NCBI GenBank assembly: GCA_963675595.2
Contig: CAXXLZ010000002.1
Coordinates: 2,016,001 to 2,080,000 of the forward strand
DNA length: 64,000 nucleotides
Reading direction: 5' to 3'
Origin: Thermodesulfobacteriota bacterium
GTDB taxonomy: Bacteria; Desulfobacterota; Desulfarculia; JACQYL01
The notes beneath the pieces are model-generated. The model was not told where the DNA came from, made no database searches, and saw only the letters and a program-made list of their open reading frames with translations. Below, in pieces: positions 1 to 9,414 of the stretch. Within the stretch, counting starts at the first letter, position 1, and the number at the start of each line of letters is the position of its first letter. The translations under genes were made by a program, and so were the position numbers.

Positions 1-419
1 CGGATGAGGCGCAACAGTTTTTCCGTCTGAAGTTCCGGCTCCCCGTCTCCTTCCCGTGAAATTTCCTCCTGAACCCGCAGAATCGTCTTACGCAACCGTT
101 CAGGGCTCACCGGTTTCAGCAGATAATCCACCGCCTCCTTTTCAAAGGCCTCCACCGCGTATTCGTCATAGGCCGTCACAAAAACGATTCTGCAGCCGGG
201 GCCGATGCGCCCGGCCACTTCCATGCCGCTGAGGCCGGGCATTCTGATGTCCAGGAAGACCACGTCGGGTCGATACGCCTCTATGAGGTCCAGTGCCGCC
301 TGACCGTGTTCCGCCTCCCCACAGATATCCAACTCGGGCCAAAGCTCGGAAAGGCGCTCCCTCAGGAACCGTCTCAAAGGTTGTTCGTCATCCGCGATGA
401 CCGCTTTGGCTCGTATCAT
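1..419 (-). CDS. LytTR-family response regulator (REC domain; runs off the window start)
   Basis: Manually translated, absent from the ORF track: MIRAKAVIADDEQPLRR...VVFLDIRMPGLSG...IVFVTAYDEYAVEAFE...DYLLKP. Its start overlaps the end of the LytS-type kinase. Confidence 0.9.
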   Translation of the reverse strand, partial: MIRAKAVIADDEQPLRRFLRERLSELWPELDICGEAEHGQAALDLIEAYRPDVVFLDIRMPGLSGMEVAGRIGPGCRIVFVTAYDEYAVEAFEKEAVDYLLKPVSPERLRKTILRVQEEISREGDGEPELQTEKLLRLI

Positions 420-1446
420 GAGGAATCTCGACCGTAACTTTCAGGCCGGACGGCTGATTCTCTTCAAGGATCAAACGCGCCCTGCCGTTGTAGAGGGCGC
501 CGAGACGTTCCCCGACGTTGGCCAGGCCGACGCCCCCTTTCACCGATGTTCCGACCCCGCAACCCGTGTCCGTTACCGTCAGGCGCAGCGTGTCCGAAGT
601 CGCCGCCGCTCGGATACGGACGTCACCCCCCGAGATTTTGGGTTCGATGCCGTGTTTCACCGCGTTCTCGACGATGGGCTGCAGCAGCATGGGTGGAATC
701 GAATGTCCCATGAGCTGGTCCGGCACGTCGATGTGGTAACGCAATCGGTCCCCCATACGTACCTTATGGAGGTCGAGATAGGCTTTGAGCAGCTCCACCT
801 CTCGCCCCAAGTCCGTTTCTTCCTTCCTCATGGTGTTCAGGGAAGCCCGAAGGTACCGGGTTAGATCCACGAGCATGGTCTTCCCCTTGTCCGGATCCGA
901 CTCCATAAGGCTCAGAATATTCGACAAGGTGTTGAAAAGGAAGTGGGGCTCGATCTGGGCCTGAAGCAGCTTCAGATGAGCTTCCAGGCTTTGCTTCTCA
1001 AGAATGAGCGTCTTGATCTGTTCTTCTCGGAGCAACGCTTCCGACCGTTGAATTCTCGCAGTGGAGAAAAAGAAATAGTTGATTACAACTCCGAACGCAA
1101 TGCCGGCGGATACCCTTTGAAGAACGGTAAACAAGTCTCCGCTCAACATGTCGTTCAGGGGAATGCCGGTGACCCGGGAACCCAGCACGGCCCCCACGGA
1201 CGCCCCGAAAATCAGCGTGACCCCGGCCAACACGAGATACCCCCGCAGGGAAGTGACCGTCACTAGGCGAAGTCCCGCCAACACAGAGGAAAAGATACTC
1301 AGCCCGATGCATTGGGAGACAATCAGATTGGTGCGGAATGCCGGACCGTGCCCCATCAAGAAAAGGAAAGCCGCGATGATCGTGTTGAACAACACGGTCA
1401 ACAGAAGAGCTTTGACGACCCTTTCTCGGGTTATGGCTCCAATCAT
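388..1446 (-). CDS. LytS/YehU-type sensor histidine kinase
   Basis: N-terminal TM helices, LQAQIEPHFLFNTL, LQPIVENAVKHG, DTGCG, GVGLANV. Start trimmed to ATG 1446. Confidence 0.92.
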   Translation of the reverse strand: MIGAITRERVVKALLLTVLFNTIIAAFLFLMGHGPAFRTNLIVSQCIGLSIFSSVLAGLRLVTVTSLRGYLVLAGVTLIFGASVGAVLGSRVTGIPLNDMLSGDLFTVLQRVSAGIAFGVVINYFFFSTARIQRSEALLREEQIKTLILEKQSLEAHLKLLQAQIEPHFLFNTLSNILSLMESDPDKGKTMLVDLTRYLRASLNTMRKEETDLGREVELLKAYLDLHKVRMGDRLRYHIDVPDQLMGHSIPPMLLQPIVENAVKHGIEPKISGGDVRIRAAATSDTLRLTVTDTGCGVGTSVKGGVGLANVGERLGALYNGRARLILEENQPSGLKVTVEIPHDTSQSGHRG

Positions 1447-1585
1447 GGAAATCTTTCCCGGCAACGGCGGCGGATGGGATCCCACCCGCCCCTCGAAGGA
1501 TATTACTGACTCGACGAGTCTCCCGCGATGCCGCCTCTCCAATGAATACAGTGGAAAAAGACATCGGGCGAAGGGGATCGGGGAT

Positions 1586-3223
1586 TCACGCCAGATCGGC
1601 CATGATTTCCTCGAAAGTCTTTTCTCCCCCTCGAAGCACCCCGCCGAATCCCCCGCCCGGGTTCCCCCACGCACTCGCGAGATATAACCCCTTCACCGGA
1701 GTCCGGTTCTCGATACGGTTCATGAAGGCGTTGTTCATGGACTGTTCGAAGCCGTAGATCGAGCCTTCCGTGTTCCCGGTGAAACGGCGGTTGGTGAGGG
1801 GAGTGGCCGCCACCTGCACTTCGATCATGGAAGACAGGCCCGGCACCACCTCTTGCTCCGCCCTCCGGATCAGGACGTCGGTCCATCGCTTCTTTTCCTC
1901 ATGATAGGCGTCCTTTCGCCCTGCGTCGTAATCCGCCTCGAAACGTCGCCAGGGTTCGTACCCCGACAGGAACAGGAGCATGAGGCTGGAGGTACCGGGA
2001 CGAGAGTAGCCCTCGAAGATATTATCGTATATGCTCACACCGTAGCCTCCCTTGTCCACTTCTCCCTTGACGCAGGACAGATAATCCGCCTCCGCGCCAC
2101 GGCCCGTATTGACATAGATACCGCAGCCCGGAATCTTTCCCCGGAGCTCCTCCTTGAGTCCCAACCAGACGATGAAAGTGGAAATCCCCGGCTTATAGCT
2201 CCTCAGTTTTTCGAGGTAGTCTCCGGGAACCTGTTGGTCCGGAACGAGTTTTCCGAAAGTCGTCAAGGCGCTCGCGTTGCTGACCACCACGCTTGCGGGC
2301 ACTTCTTCACCGCCGGCCAAGACCACTCCGCTCACCGCACCGTCCTTCACCACGATCCGTTCCGCCGAGGTTCGAATCCGAACATCGCCGCCGTTCCTCT
2401 CGATCTCGGACGCCAGGGCGTTGCTCAAATCCTGAGAACGGTTCTTGATGTAGAATGAGCCGCTCCTTAGGTATTCGCCCGTAGCGTTGGCATAGAAAAA
2501 GGCGGAAAGCTTCGAGGGCGGGAGCCCGTAGTATCCCCACAAGGAAGAAAGAGCGGTTTGGAGTTCCGGGTCCCGGACATGTTCATTCAGCATCTCGGCA
2601 AGCGTCTTGTCGCGGATATTCCACATTTTCCTGTACTGAAGGGGAAAAAGCAGCTTGATGAATTTTCCCTTCTTCTCTTGAAGCCGTTGCGATTCCTCGG
2701 ACAGTCCGACCATTTCGCCGACAAAAGACCGGATGCCCGCCTCTTCCTGAGGGAAATGCTCGGCGAGTAATGAAATGAAGGCTTCGGGATCTCTCTGGGG
2801 CACCAGGATATCGAGCTTGGGGGTTTTCAGCCGGTAGACCTCCGGCAACAAGGCCAAGTCCAATTGGTCCAACACGCCCAGGTTCCGCAATATGCGCCCC
2901 AAGGTGTTATCGGCATCGGTTTTGCTGATGCACGTGCCGTGGAGGGACACTTCAAAGTTGAATCGGCCTCTGTTGAAGGAGGTGGCATAACCGCCCGGCC
3001 GATCGTGCTTCTCCACCACCGTGACCGGGAACCCCTGCCTCGCCAGATAGGCGGCGCAACACAGACCCCCTAATCCGGACCCGATCACCACGCACGGATG
3101 ATTTCCGGCATCGCCCACTTTGGCGGCGTAGGCTTTGATTTTTCTCCAATCGAGGGCCAAGGCCAAAGTCGTGAGGCCCGAGACCTTCAAGAATGAACGG
3201 CGGGATACCTTGTTGAGTGACAT
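1586..3223 (-). CDS. Tat-exported FAD-dependent oxidoreductase, phytoene desaturase/retinol saturase-like
   Basis: Twin-arginine SRRSFLK; Rossmann VIGSGLGG...VVEKHDRPGG; C-terminal ATPLT...GSIYG, TPVKGLYLA, PGGGF. Confidence 0.85.
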   Translation of the reverse strand: MSLNKVSRRSFLKVSGLTTLALALDWRKIKAYAAKVGDAGNHPCVVIGSGLGGLCCAAYLARQGFPVTVVEKHDRPGGYATSFNRGRFNFEVSLHGTCISKTDADNTLGRILRNLGVLDQLDLALLPEVYRLKTPKLDILVPQRDPEAFISLLAEHFPQEEAGIRSFVGEMVGLSEESQRLQEKKGKFIKLLFPLQYRKMWNIRDKTLAEMLNEHVRDPELQTALSSLWGYYGLPPSKLSAFFYANATGEYLRSGSFYIKNRSQDLSNALASEIERNGGDVRIRTSAERIVVKDGAVSGVVLAGGEEVPASVVVSNASALTTFGKLVPDQQVPGDYLEKLRSYKPGISTFIVWLGLKEELRGKIPGCGIYVNTGRGAEADYLSCVKGEVDKGGYGVSIYDNIFEGYSRPGTSSLMLLFLSGYEPWRRFEADYDAGRKDAYHEEKKRWTDVLIRRAEQEVVPGLSSMIEVQVAATPLTNRRFTGNTEGSIYGFEQSMNNAFMNRIENRTPVKGLYLASAWGNPGGGFGGVLRGGEKTFEEIMADLA

Positions 3224-3325
3224 AACGGTTCCTCCTCACTCCGGATGTTGGTGTTGTTCGACCCTTTCACCGGCTCACGTGGGAACATTTTCATAGAACC
3301 GAGGCCACGGCGCAAGAACGTTGCG

Positions 3326-3351
3326 ATGAAATCACCATTTCGGGGAATGAA
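3326..3351 (-). promoter_or_regulatory. Candidate LytTR direct-repeat binding site
   Basis: TTCAT cores (ATGAA on + at 3326 and 3347) exactly 21 bp apart, about 100 bp upstream of the oxidoreductase start. Confidence 0.4.
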
Positions 3352-3492
3352 TCGCAGATGGAGGGAGGGAAACGGGAATCGCGTCGGACAGCGGGAATCC
3401 GAGCCGTGCGGTCGGCGCTTGCGGAGGCCCGCCTCGGCGGCGGGTTTCCGCATCTTGAATATGCGGGGCCGATGGCGCTCCCCAGGGTATTC

Positions 3493-5394
3493 CTATGCCC
3501 GGACGCCGCGACTTTCAGTATTGAAAAAGGCGAGGCTCGCGGAACTGAGGACGACCAGAATGGACCCCACGTTGTGCAGCAAAGCGGCGCCCACCGGAGT
3601 GAGCAATCCCCATCCTCCCGCCAGCACGGAGCCCGCGTTGAACAACAAACCGAAAACCAGATTGAAACGAATGACCAGATTCATCCGCTTCCCCAACCGA
3701 ATCAGAAAGGGAAGCATGGAGAGATCGTCCCGCGCCAGCACCACATCGGCGGTTTCCAGGGCCACGTCCGTGCCTCTCGCCCCCATGGCCACACCCACGT
3801 CGGCCACCGCCAAGGCGGGACCGTCGTTGATGCCGTCTCCGACAAACAGCACCGGTAGATTTTCTGCTTGGATGTTACGAATGACCTCCAATTTGCCTTC
3901 GGGCTTGAGGCTTGCCCACACCCCGGGAATCCCCACCGATGCCGCGACTCGTCGCGCGGAGTTCTCGTGATCTCCCGAGAGCATGGCCAAACGGGAGATG
4001 CCCAGATCGCGCAATCCCTGGACGGCCGCCGGGGCTTCCTGCCGAATTTCGTCCGAAATCCCCATGACGCCCAGAGCACATCGATCTCGGAAAACAGCCA
4101 ACGGAGTCACGCCGCGATCCTGCAATATCTCCGCATAACGACGCAGAGGAACCGGCAACGAGGACAGGCCGCCCCCGGTCACGCCGCAAACTTCAACCGA
4201 AGACCCACCCACGCACGCCCGGACGCCCAGTCCGATTTCGTTGAACACCTGCTCGGCCTTCACCACGGCCACTCGAGCGTAATGAGCCGCCTTGATCACC
4301 GCTCCGGCGAGTGGATGCGTGCAATGCCGCTCAGCGGCGGCCGCCAGGGACAGGAGTTCGTCGACTCCGCATCCTTCTGCGCAGTGCATCTCTTCCACCT
4401 TGGGCCGTCCCTTGGTCAACGTACCGGTCTTGTCGAAAAGCACCGCCCGGACCGCGGCCGCCTTCTCCAAATAACGACCTCCTTTGATAAGAACTCCCTT
4501 CCGGGCCGCACGACCCACTGCGGCCACGGTGGCGGTGGGCGCGGCGAGAATCAAGGCGCACGGGCAGCCTACGATGAGCACGGTGACGGCCCGCTGCGCC
4601 TCTCCGGAAAGCCACCACGCCGCAGCCGCACATCCGATGATCGTCGGCGTGAACCAACGCGCGTAACGGTCGATCATTCGGACGGACTGAGGCCGGTATT
4701 GTTCCGCATCAGCCACAAGGCGGATCACTTTGGCCAACGTGGTATCCTCGCCCACTTTTGCGGCTTCGGCCTCCAACACCCCGTTGAGATTCAACGTCCC
4801 TGCTCGCAGCGAATCGCCGGCATGTTTTTCCACGGGAACGGATTCACCGGTGAGGGCGGATTCATCCACGGCCGAAATGCCCTCCATGACCACGGCATCC
4901 ACGGAAATCCGTTCGCCGGGTTTCAGCAACAGCCGATCGCCTTTCCGAATCCTCTCCACGGGCGTTTCCTTGAATTCCCCGTCGATCATGACCCAAGCGT
5001 TGGGAGGGGAAAGATTCACCAGGGTGCGCACGGCCTTACGGGCGGACTCGCTGGTGGCTTCTTCCAGAAGCGCGCCCAAGGTCATGACGAACCCCACCAC
5101 GGCGGCGGAGAGATATTCCCCTTGGATCAAGCAGGCCACAATCGCGAGTCCGACAAGTTCGTCCACATTGACTCGTTTGCGCAGCAGACCTTTGACGGCT
5201 CCGACGATAATGGGCACCCCGTTGAGTCCCACGGAAATCAAGGCGAGGAGGTCGGCCGTGACGGAGGGAAGGCCGGGCCGACCGGCCGCCAAAAACGCGG
5301 CCAACGCGAACAGTCCGGCAATGATGGTTCGCTGGAAATCCGAGCGTCGAAGGAGTTCCGCACTCACATCCTTTCGAGAGAAGCGTCCGATCAT
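3493..5394 (-). CDS. Heavy-metal P1B-type ATPase without N-terminal metal-binding domain
   Basis: LTGES, GCPCAL, DKTGT, HP, GDGINDGPAL; last TM helix has LHNVGS. Confidence 0.95.
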   Translation of the reverse strand: MIGRFSRKDVSAELLRRSDFQRTIIAGLFALAAFLAAGRPGLPSVTADLLALISVGLNGVPIIVGAVKGLLRKRVNVDELVGLAIVACLIQGEYLSAAVVGFVMTLGALLEEATSESARKAVRTLVNLSPPNAWVMIDGEFKETPVERIRKGDRLLLKPGERISVDAVVMEGISAVDESALTGESVPVEKHAGDSLRAGTLNLNGVLEAEAAKVGEDTTLAKVIRLVADAEQYRPQSVRMIDRYARWFTPTIIGCAAAAWWLSGEAQRAVTVLIVGCPCALILAAPTATVAAVGRAARKGVLIKGGRYLEKAAAVRAVLFDKTGTLTKGRPKVEEMHCAEGCGVDELLSLAAAAERHCTHPLAGAVIKAAHYARVAVVKAEQVFNEIGLGVRACVGGSSVEVCGVTGGGLSSLPVPLRRYAEILQDRGVTPLAVFRDRCALGVMGISDEIRQEAPAAVQGLRDLGISRLAMLSGDHENSARRVAASVGIPGVWASLKPEGKLEVIRNIQAENLPVLFVGDGINDGPALAVADVGVAMGARGTDVALETADVVLARDDLSMLPFLIRLGKRMNLVIRFNLVFGLLFNAGSVLAGGWGLLTPVGAALLHNVGSILVVLSSASLAFFNTESRGVRA

Positions 5395-5494
5395 GAGAGT
5401 TCCTTTTGATCCGGTCCGGAGAAAATCCGGTGAGTAGAAATCGAGAGAAGCGCTGAGAGGAAGATGACTTCCTTTAAGCGGTCTTCGTGTTCCC

Positions 5495-5523
5495 CATATA
5501 CATATAGGGGGTATATGTATATG
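5495..5523. promoter_or_regulatory. CsoR/RcnR-like operator overlapping the ATPase promoter
   Basis: Perfect 12-bp inverted repeat CATATACATATA-GGGGG-TATATGTATATG; minus-strand -35 TTGACG at 5542-5537. Confidence 0.65.
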
Positions 5524-5655
5524 CCGTCTGAAACATCGTCAAGTCCTTTCTCGTCCATTCGGATTGAGCCTTGAATAACCTCGACCGGCGCCCCGAACAA
5601 AAAAAGGGGCGACCCAACGGTCGTCCCCATGAAGAAGATCATTTTCAGCGTCGCC

Positions 5656-6255
5656 TTAGTGCCTTTCCAGCCACTCCCTTAGACGGTCTTCCCGGAATTC
5701 AACAATTCCACCGTCCCGAATCGTCAACAACGATTCCAGCTCCGGGTCCTCCAGTAAGTCCATGACCTCGTCCTTGGGCTTTTTCAGGATTCTTGCCAGT
5801 TCTTCCAGCAGGTCCCTCCCCGGCTCCGCAGGACCGGACGGGATCAAATACACCAATGCCTGCAGCCGCAATTTGTCGCGGGTCGTATGTTCCAGTACGT
5901 CCGTTGTGTTCTTCAGCCGCAGAGCCAGTTCTCGAAGCATCAAAACGGCCACTTCACCGCTCTCCCTAAGCAAGTTACGAAAAGTCTCCCCGTCCACCAC
6001 TGCGATATTGCTGTCTTCCACCGCCTGTGCCGACGCCGTGCGCGGCGCGCTGATCAACGCGGCCATCTCCCCGAAATATTCCCCGGGGCCCATGGTCTTC
6101 AGCTCCTCGTCGCCTCTGCCCGATTCCTTGAGCATCTTCACCGAACCGGAAACCACATAGAAGATTTCCTTCGAGGCCTCTCCCTCCCGGAAGACATACG
6201 ACCCCTTGCGGTACATGCGTCCGAACCGACGGATCAGCCTTTCTTCAATGCGCAT
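5656..6255 (-). CDS. Crp/Fnr-like cyclic-nucleotide-binding protein with divergent C-terminal wHTH
   Basis: VFREGE...GEYFGEMAALISAPRTASA phosphate-binding cassette. Confidence 0.85.
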   Translation of the reverse strand: MRIEERLIRRFGRMYRKGSYVFREGEASKEIFYVVSGSVKMLKESGRGDEELKTMGPGEYFGEMAALISAPRTASAQAVEDSNIAVVDGETFRNLLRESGEVAVLMLRELALRLKNTTDVLEHTTRDKLRLQALVYLIPSGPAEPGRDLLEELARILKKPKDEVMDLLEDPELESLLTIRDGGIVEFREDRLREWLERH

Positions 6256-7171
6256 TTTTCAACCGTTTTCGGAGCAGGGCCTTTTCCAACAGGATCAGAT
6301 CCCTTTTCCGGTAGGAGGAGATGAGTTCCGCGCAAAACAATAAGATCAGGGATACATAATAGACCCAGACCACCAGAATCACCACGGTTTCCAACGGACC
6401 GTAAACAATGCTGTATTGAGAGCTGCGCGCCATATACCAGGTGAACAGGTGTTTCGTGATCTCCATGAGTGCGGAAAACAGGACGCTCCCTGCCAGAGCG
6501 TGCCTCAGCGAGACACGCGCCGTTGGGATCACTCTGTACACGAAGGTGAAAAACGAAACGGTGATCAGATAGGGCAAGAGGTAGCGGAACAGCATCACGT
6601 GAAGCTCAGCGCCCAGAGCGCCTCCGCCTCCCCGACTCTGAAGATCGGCTTCCAGCACGCCCCCGATGTACGTGACCGCCACATTGGTGCCGGCGACCGC
6701 CCAGCCGATGGGAATCATGGCGAAAGCCAGGAGTTTGCCCACAAAGAAATTCCTGGGAGTGGGAGAACGGAAAATGATCCCCAGGGCGTTCTGCAGGGAG
6801 TTGAAGATCAATGAGGACGTCCACGCCAGGGTGATCAATCCCAGACCGCCCAGAAGCCGTCTCTTCTCTTCGATCTTTCCCAACTGTTTGAGCAGTTCCC
6901 CGGAAATGTAGGGGTGAAAGCCCCGCACCACACGGAGCAGTTCCTTCTGAACGGCCGGGTCCGATCCGAATACCAGTCCGGCGGCCAGGGTTGTCAGGAT
7001 CAGAAGCGGAATGGCGGAAAGGATGGCATAAAAAGCGATGGAAGCGGCCAGATTTCCGTCGCCGTTTTCCTGGAAGCTCTTCACCGAGTGAGCGAAAATG
7101 TCCCATCCCGTGGCCAAAAGAAACCGCGGCCCGCCGGAACGCACGTCGGTTTGGCCGGTAGTCTCAATCAT
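6245..7171 (-). CDS. YihY/BrkB-family inner membrane protein
   Basis: AASIAFYAILSAIP, YRVIP, YSIVYGPL...WVYY...LFCAEL; multiple TM helices. Start uncertain. Confidence 0.9.
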   Translation of the reverse strand: MIETTGQTDVRSGGPRFLLATGWDIFAHSVKSFQENGDGNLAASIAFYAILSAIPLLILTTLAAGLVFGSDPAVQKELLRVVRGFHPYISGELLKQLGKIEEKRRLLGGLGLITLAWTSSLIFNSLQNALGIIFRSPTPRNFFVGKLLAFAMIPIGWAVAGTNVAVTYIGGVLEADLQSRGGGGALGAELHVMLFRYLLPYLITVSFFTFVYRVIPTARVSLRHALAGSVLFSALMEITKHLFTWYMARSSQYSIVYGPLETVVILVVWVYYVSLILLFCAELISSYRKRDLILLEKALLRKRLKNAH

Positions 7172-7392
7172 GGGGGGAAAAGGGGGGCTCGGCACCCGAG
7201 AACAAGCCCCTTGGGGGTGGGGATAGAACGACTCGTCCCGGGCGCAATCCCGCCGGAACGGCCGGCTCGTGTTCTTTTTGAGACATCGGACGATCACCTA
7301 CGGGGCGGGAGGAACACGCCGAACGCACGGCACTTCCGCCGGTTCGAGCGGAATACGCCCTGGACGGAAGGCCGGGGTTTCTCATGGAGCCG

Positions 7393-8421
7393 TCAAGGGC
7401 AATAAGCGTTGAAGCCTTCGCGTTCCCCTCTATCCATGTAGGTCTCGATGCGTCTTTCGGCGGGGCTCCCTTCCAGTCGATTCGCCAGATCCCGAAGGCT
7501 CTCTTCCCGGCCGAGGTAGTAATAAACATAAAATGCCCGTTCCAGGTATTCCAAAGCATGTTCGCGGCCGCCGGCTTCCTCCGTCAAGTCGGCCAGCAGC
7601 ACCAGATCATCCCCGACGCACCGCCAGCAGCCCGCTTCCTTGTCCAGAACCAAGGCGCTTTCAGCCTGTTCCAAGGCCTCGGGTATCCGGTGGGCATCTC
7701 GACGAACCTTGGCCAGCCCCAGATGTGCCGCAGCGGCGACGGAAGCGTTTTCACCGGATTGCACGCGCTTCAAAGCGGTGAAGAATCGCTTCTCGGCTCC
7801 CTCGGGATCATCGCGACTCAACAGAAGAAAGCCTCCAAGAGCATCCACTTCCGCCCGCCGGTCTTTCAGCTCCCGTACCCTTGTTTCGGCTTCGTCCAAC
7901 GCTCCGGTCGCACATTCGAGGTCGTCCGTCCGGATACAGAACTCGCAACGGTTGAGCAAATTGGTGAGCAGGGCGGAATTGGAATTTAGTCGCCTGTTGA
8001 TGGCTTCGGCCTCCGAAAGCAGCGCCAGCGCTTCTTCCATTCGCGAGCGGTCCGCGGAAAGAACGGCAAGATCGTTCAGATCCCGTGCCGCTCCTTCCTG
8101 ATCATCCATGGAGCGGTGTAGTTCCAGGGAGGCTCTGAAGTACGTTTCCGCTTTGTCCAAACAGCCGTTGGCATAGGCTTCCATGCCGCGTTCCGACAGA
8201 GACGCGGCTTCTCTTTCCCGAAAAGGTTTCTCAGGAGGAGGAGAGACGCAGGATGCCAGGCAGACAAGGATTACCCAAGCGGCGAGGATCCGGTAAGCCC
8301 TCGTTTGCAGAAAACCGACGTCCCGGGATGCCGGGGAAGGCCCGTTGCCCATGTCCCCCGAGTGCTCGGTATCGTTCGACGCCGTTTTGTTCCGTCCAAG
8401 CCTGCAGAAAACCTCCCTCAC
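7393..8421 (-). CDS. TPR-repeat lipoprotein
   Basis: Hydrophobic stretch ending in lipobox-like LASC; helical Ala/Leu TPR-like repeats; start overlaps the mlaD stop (GTGA). Confidence 0.75.
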   Translation of the reverse strand: MREVFCRLGRNKTASNDTEHSGDMGNGPSPASRDVGFLQTRAYRILAAWVILVCLASCVSPPPEKPFREREAASLSERGMEAYANGCLDKAETYFRASLELHRSMDDQEGAARDLNDLAVLSADRSRMEEALALLSEAEAINRRLNSNSALLTNLLNRCEFCIRTDDLECATGALDEAETRVRELKDRRAEVDALGGFLLLSRDDPEGAEKRFFTALKRVQSGENASVAAAAHLGLAKVRRDAHRIPEALEQAESALVLDKEAGCWRCVGDDLVLLADLTEEAGGREHALEYLERAFYVYYYLGREESLRDLANRLEGSPAERRIETYMDRGEREGFNAYCP

Positions 8422-9410
8422 CGAGTTCCTCCCCTGGGCTGCATTTGAAGCGGCTTCCGCTCTTCCTCCTTCGGTCCGCCCATAAGCATCACCGGATTGT
8501 TCCGAAGCGTCTGTACGGCGGCGTCGGCCTCATCCAAGGTTCGGCGGACCCCGTTGAGAACCGGGGAAATCTCACGAACCACTTGATGCACGTCTCGAGT
8601 CAGCCCCGGCAACTGCTCACCGGCTTCCTGAATAGAGACCATCAATTCGGAGACTTGCCCCACCACCTGGTCCAGGCGCGAAAGTACATCGTCCAATCGA
8701 TCGCTCACACCCACCATCCGATGGGAAACCTTACCGAAATCACTCAATATTTTCTGGGATTGGGCGACACGATCTTCCAGCCGGTCATAGAAGGCTTCAT
8801 CCTTGATCAACTTGCCGGCGGTTCCCTTGCCTTCATCGAGTCCCTTCACCAGGGATTCCAGGTGAACCAGAGCGCTCCAGAGCGGTCCTTCCGGGTTGTT
8901 GAGCTTGTTGGTGAGTTCGTTCACGTTGGCCGCGATGGCCACCAACGTTTCAAACTTGTCCTCAAGGTCCAGCGACTTGAGGTATTCCATATAGTCACCG
9001 ATGGATCGTTTGTCTTCCGATGGAATCCGCTCCCCTCGCGACAATACGGAAGAAGACTCGGTGCCCGGTTTCAATGAGAGGTGGGACCCTCCGAGTATGG
9101 ACGCCCCTTCCACCGTGAGAACGGAGTCCTGCCGGACCCTGGAGGCATATTCCCTGAATACCTTGAGCCCGACCCGCACATGGTTGGACGGTTCAATACG
9201 GATTGAGGTCACCTTCCCCACTTCGATATCCAACATCTTCACCTTGGATCCGGGCTGTAATCCGTAACCTTCCTTGAACACGGCATAGTATGGCTCGTAC
9301 TTGCGGAACCAAGCATTGCTCCTGCCGATGAGAATGAGCGCAGCCACCAGCAAGACCGCCGTAAAAACCAGGAATGCGCCTACCATCTGGTCCATGACTC
9401 GGTATTTCAA
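8418..9410 (-). CDS. mlaD: MlaD/MCE-domain protein with long helical C-terminus
   Basis: N-terminal TM, GLQPGSKVKMLDIEVGKV MCE motif, GTAGKLIKDE..Y, LRNNP. Confidence 0.9.
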   Translation of the reverse strand: MKYRVMDQMVGAFLVFTAVLLVAALILIGRSNAWFRKYEPYYAVFKEGYGLQPGSKVKMLDIEVGKVTSIRIEPSNHVRVGLKVFREYASRVRQDSVLTVEGASILGGSHLSLKPGTESSSVLSRGERIPSEDKRSIGDYMEYLKSLDLEDKFETLVAIAANVNELTNKLNNPEGPLWSALVHLESLVKGLDEGKGTAGKLIKDEAFYDRLEDRVAQSQKILSDFGKVSHRMVGVSDRLDDVLSRLDQVVGQVSELMVSIQEAGEQLPGLTRDVHQVVREISPVLNGVRRTLDEADAAVQTLRNNPVMLMGGPKEEERKPLQMQPRGGTR

Positions 9411-9414
9411 GGCT

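Noticed and set aside
5391-5642. 83-aa ORF upstream of the ATPase
   Set aside because: Runs through the promoter/operator palindrome and has no CsoR-like or other motif.
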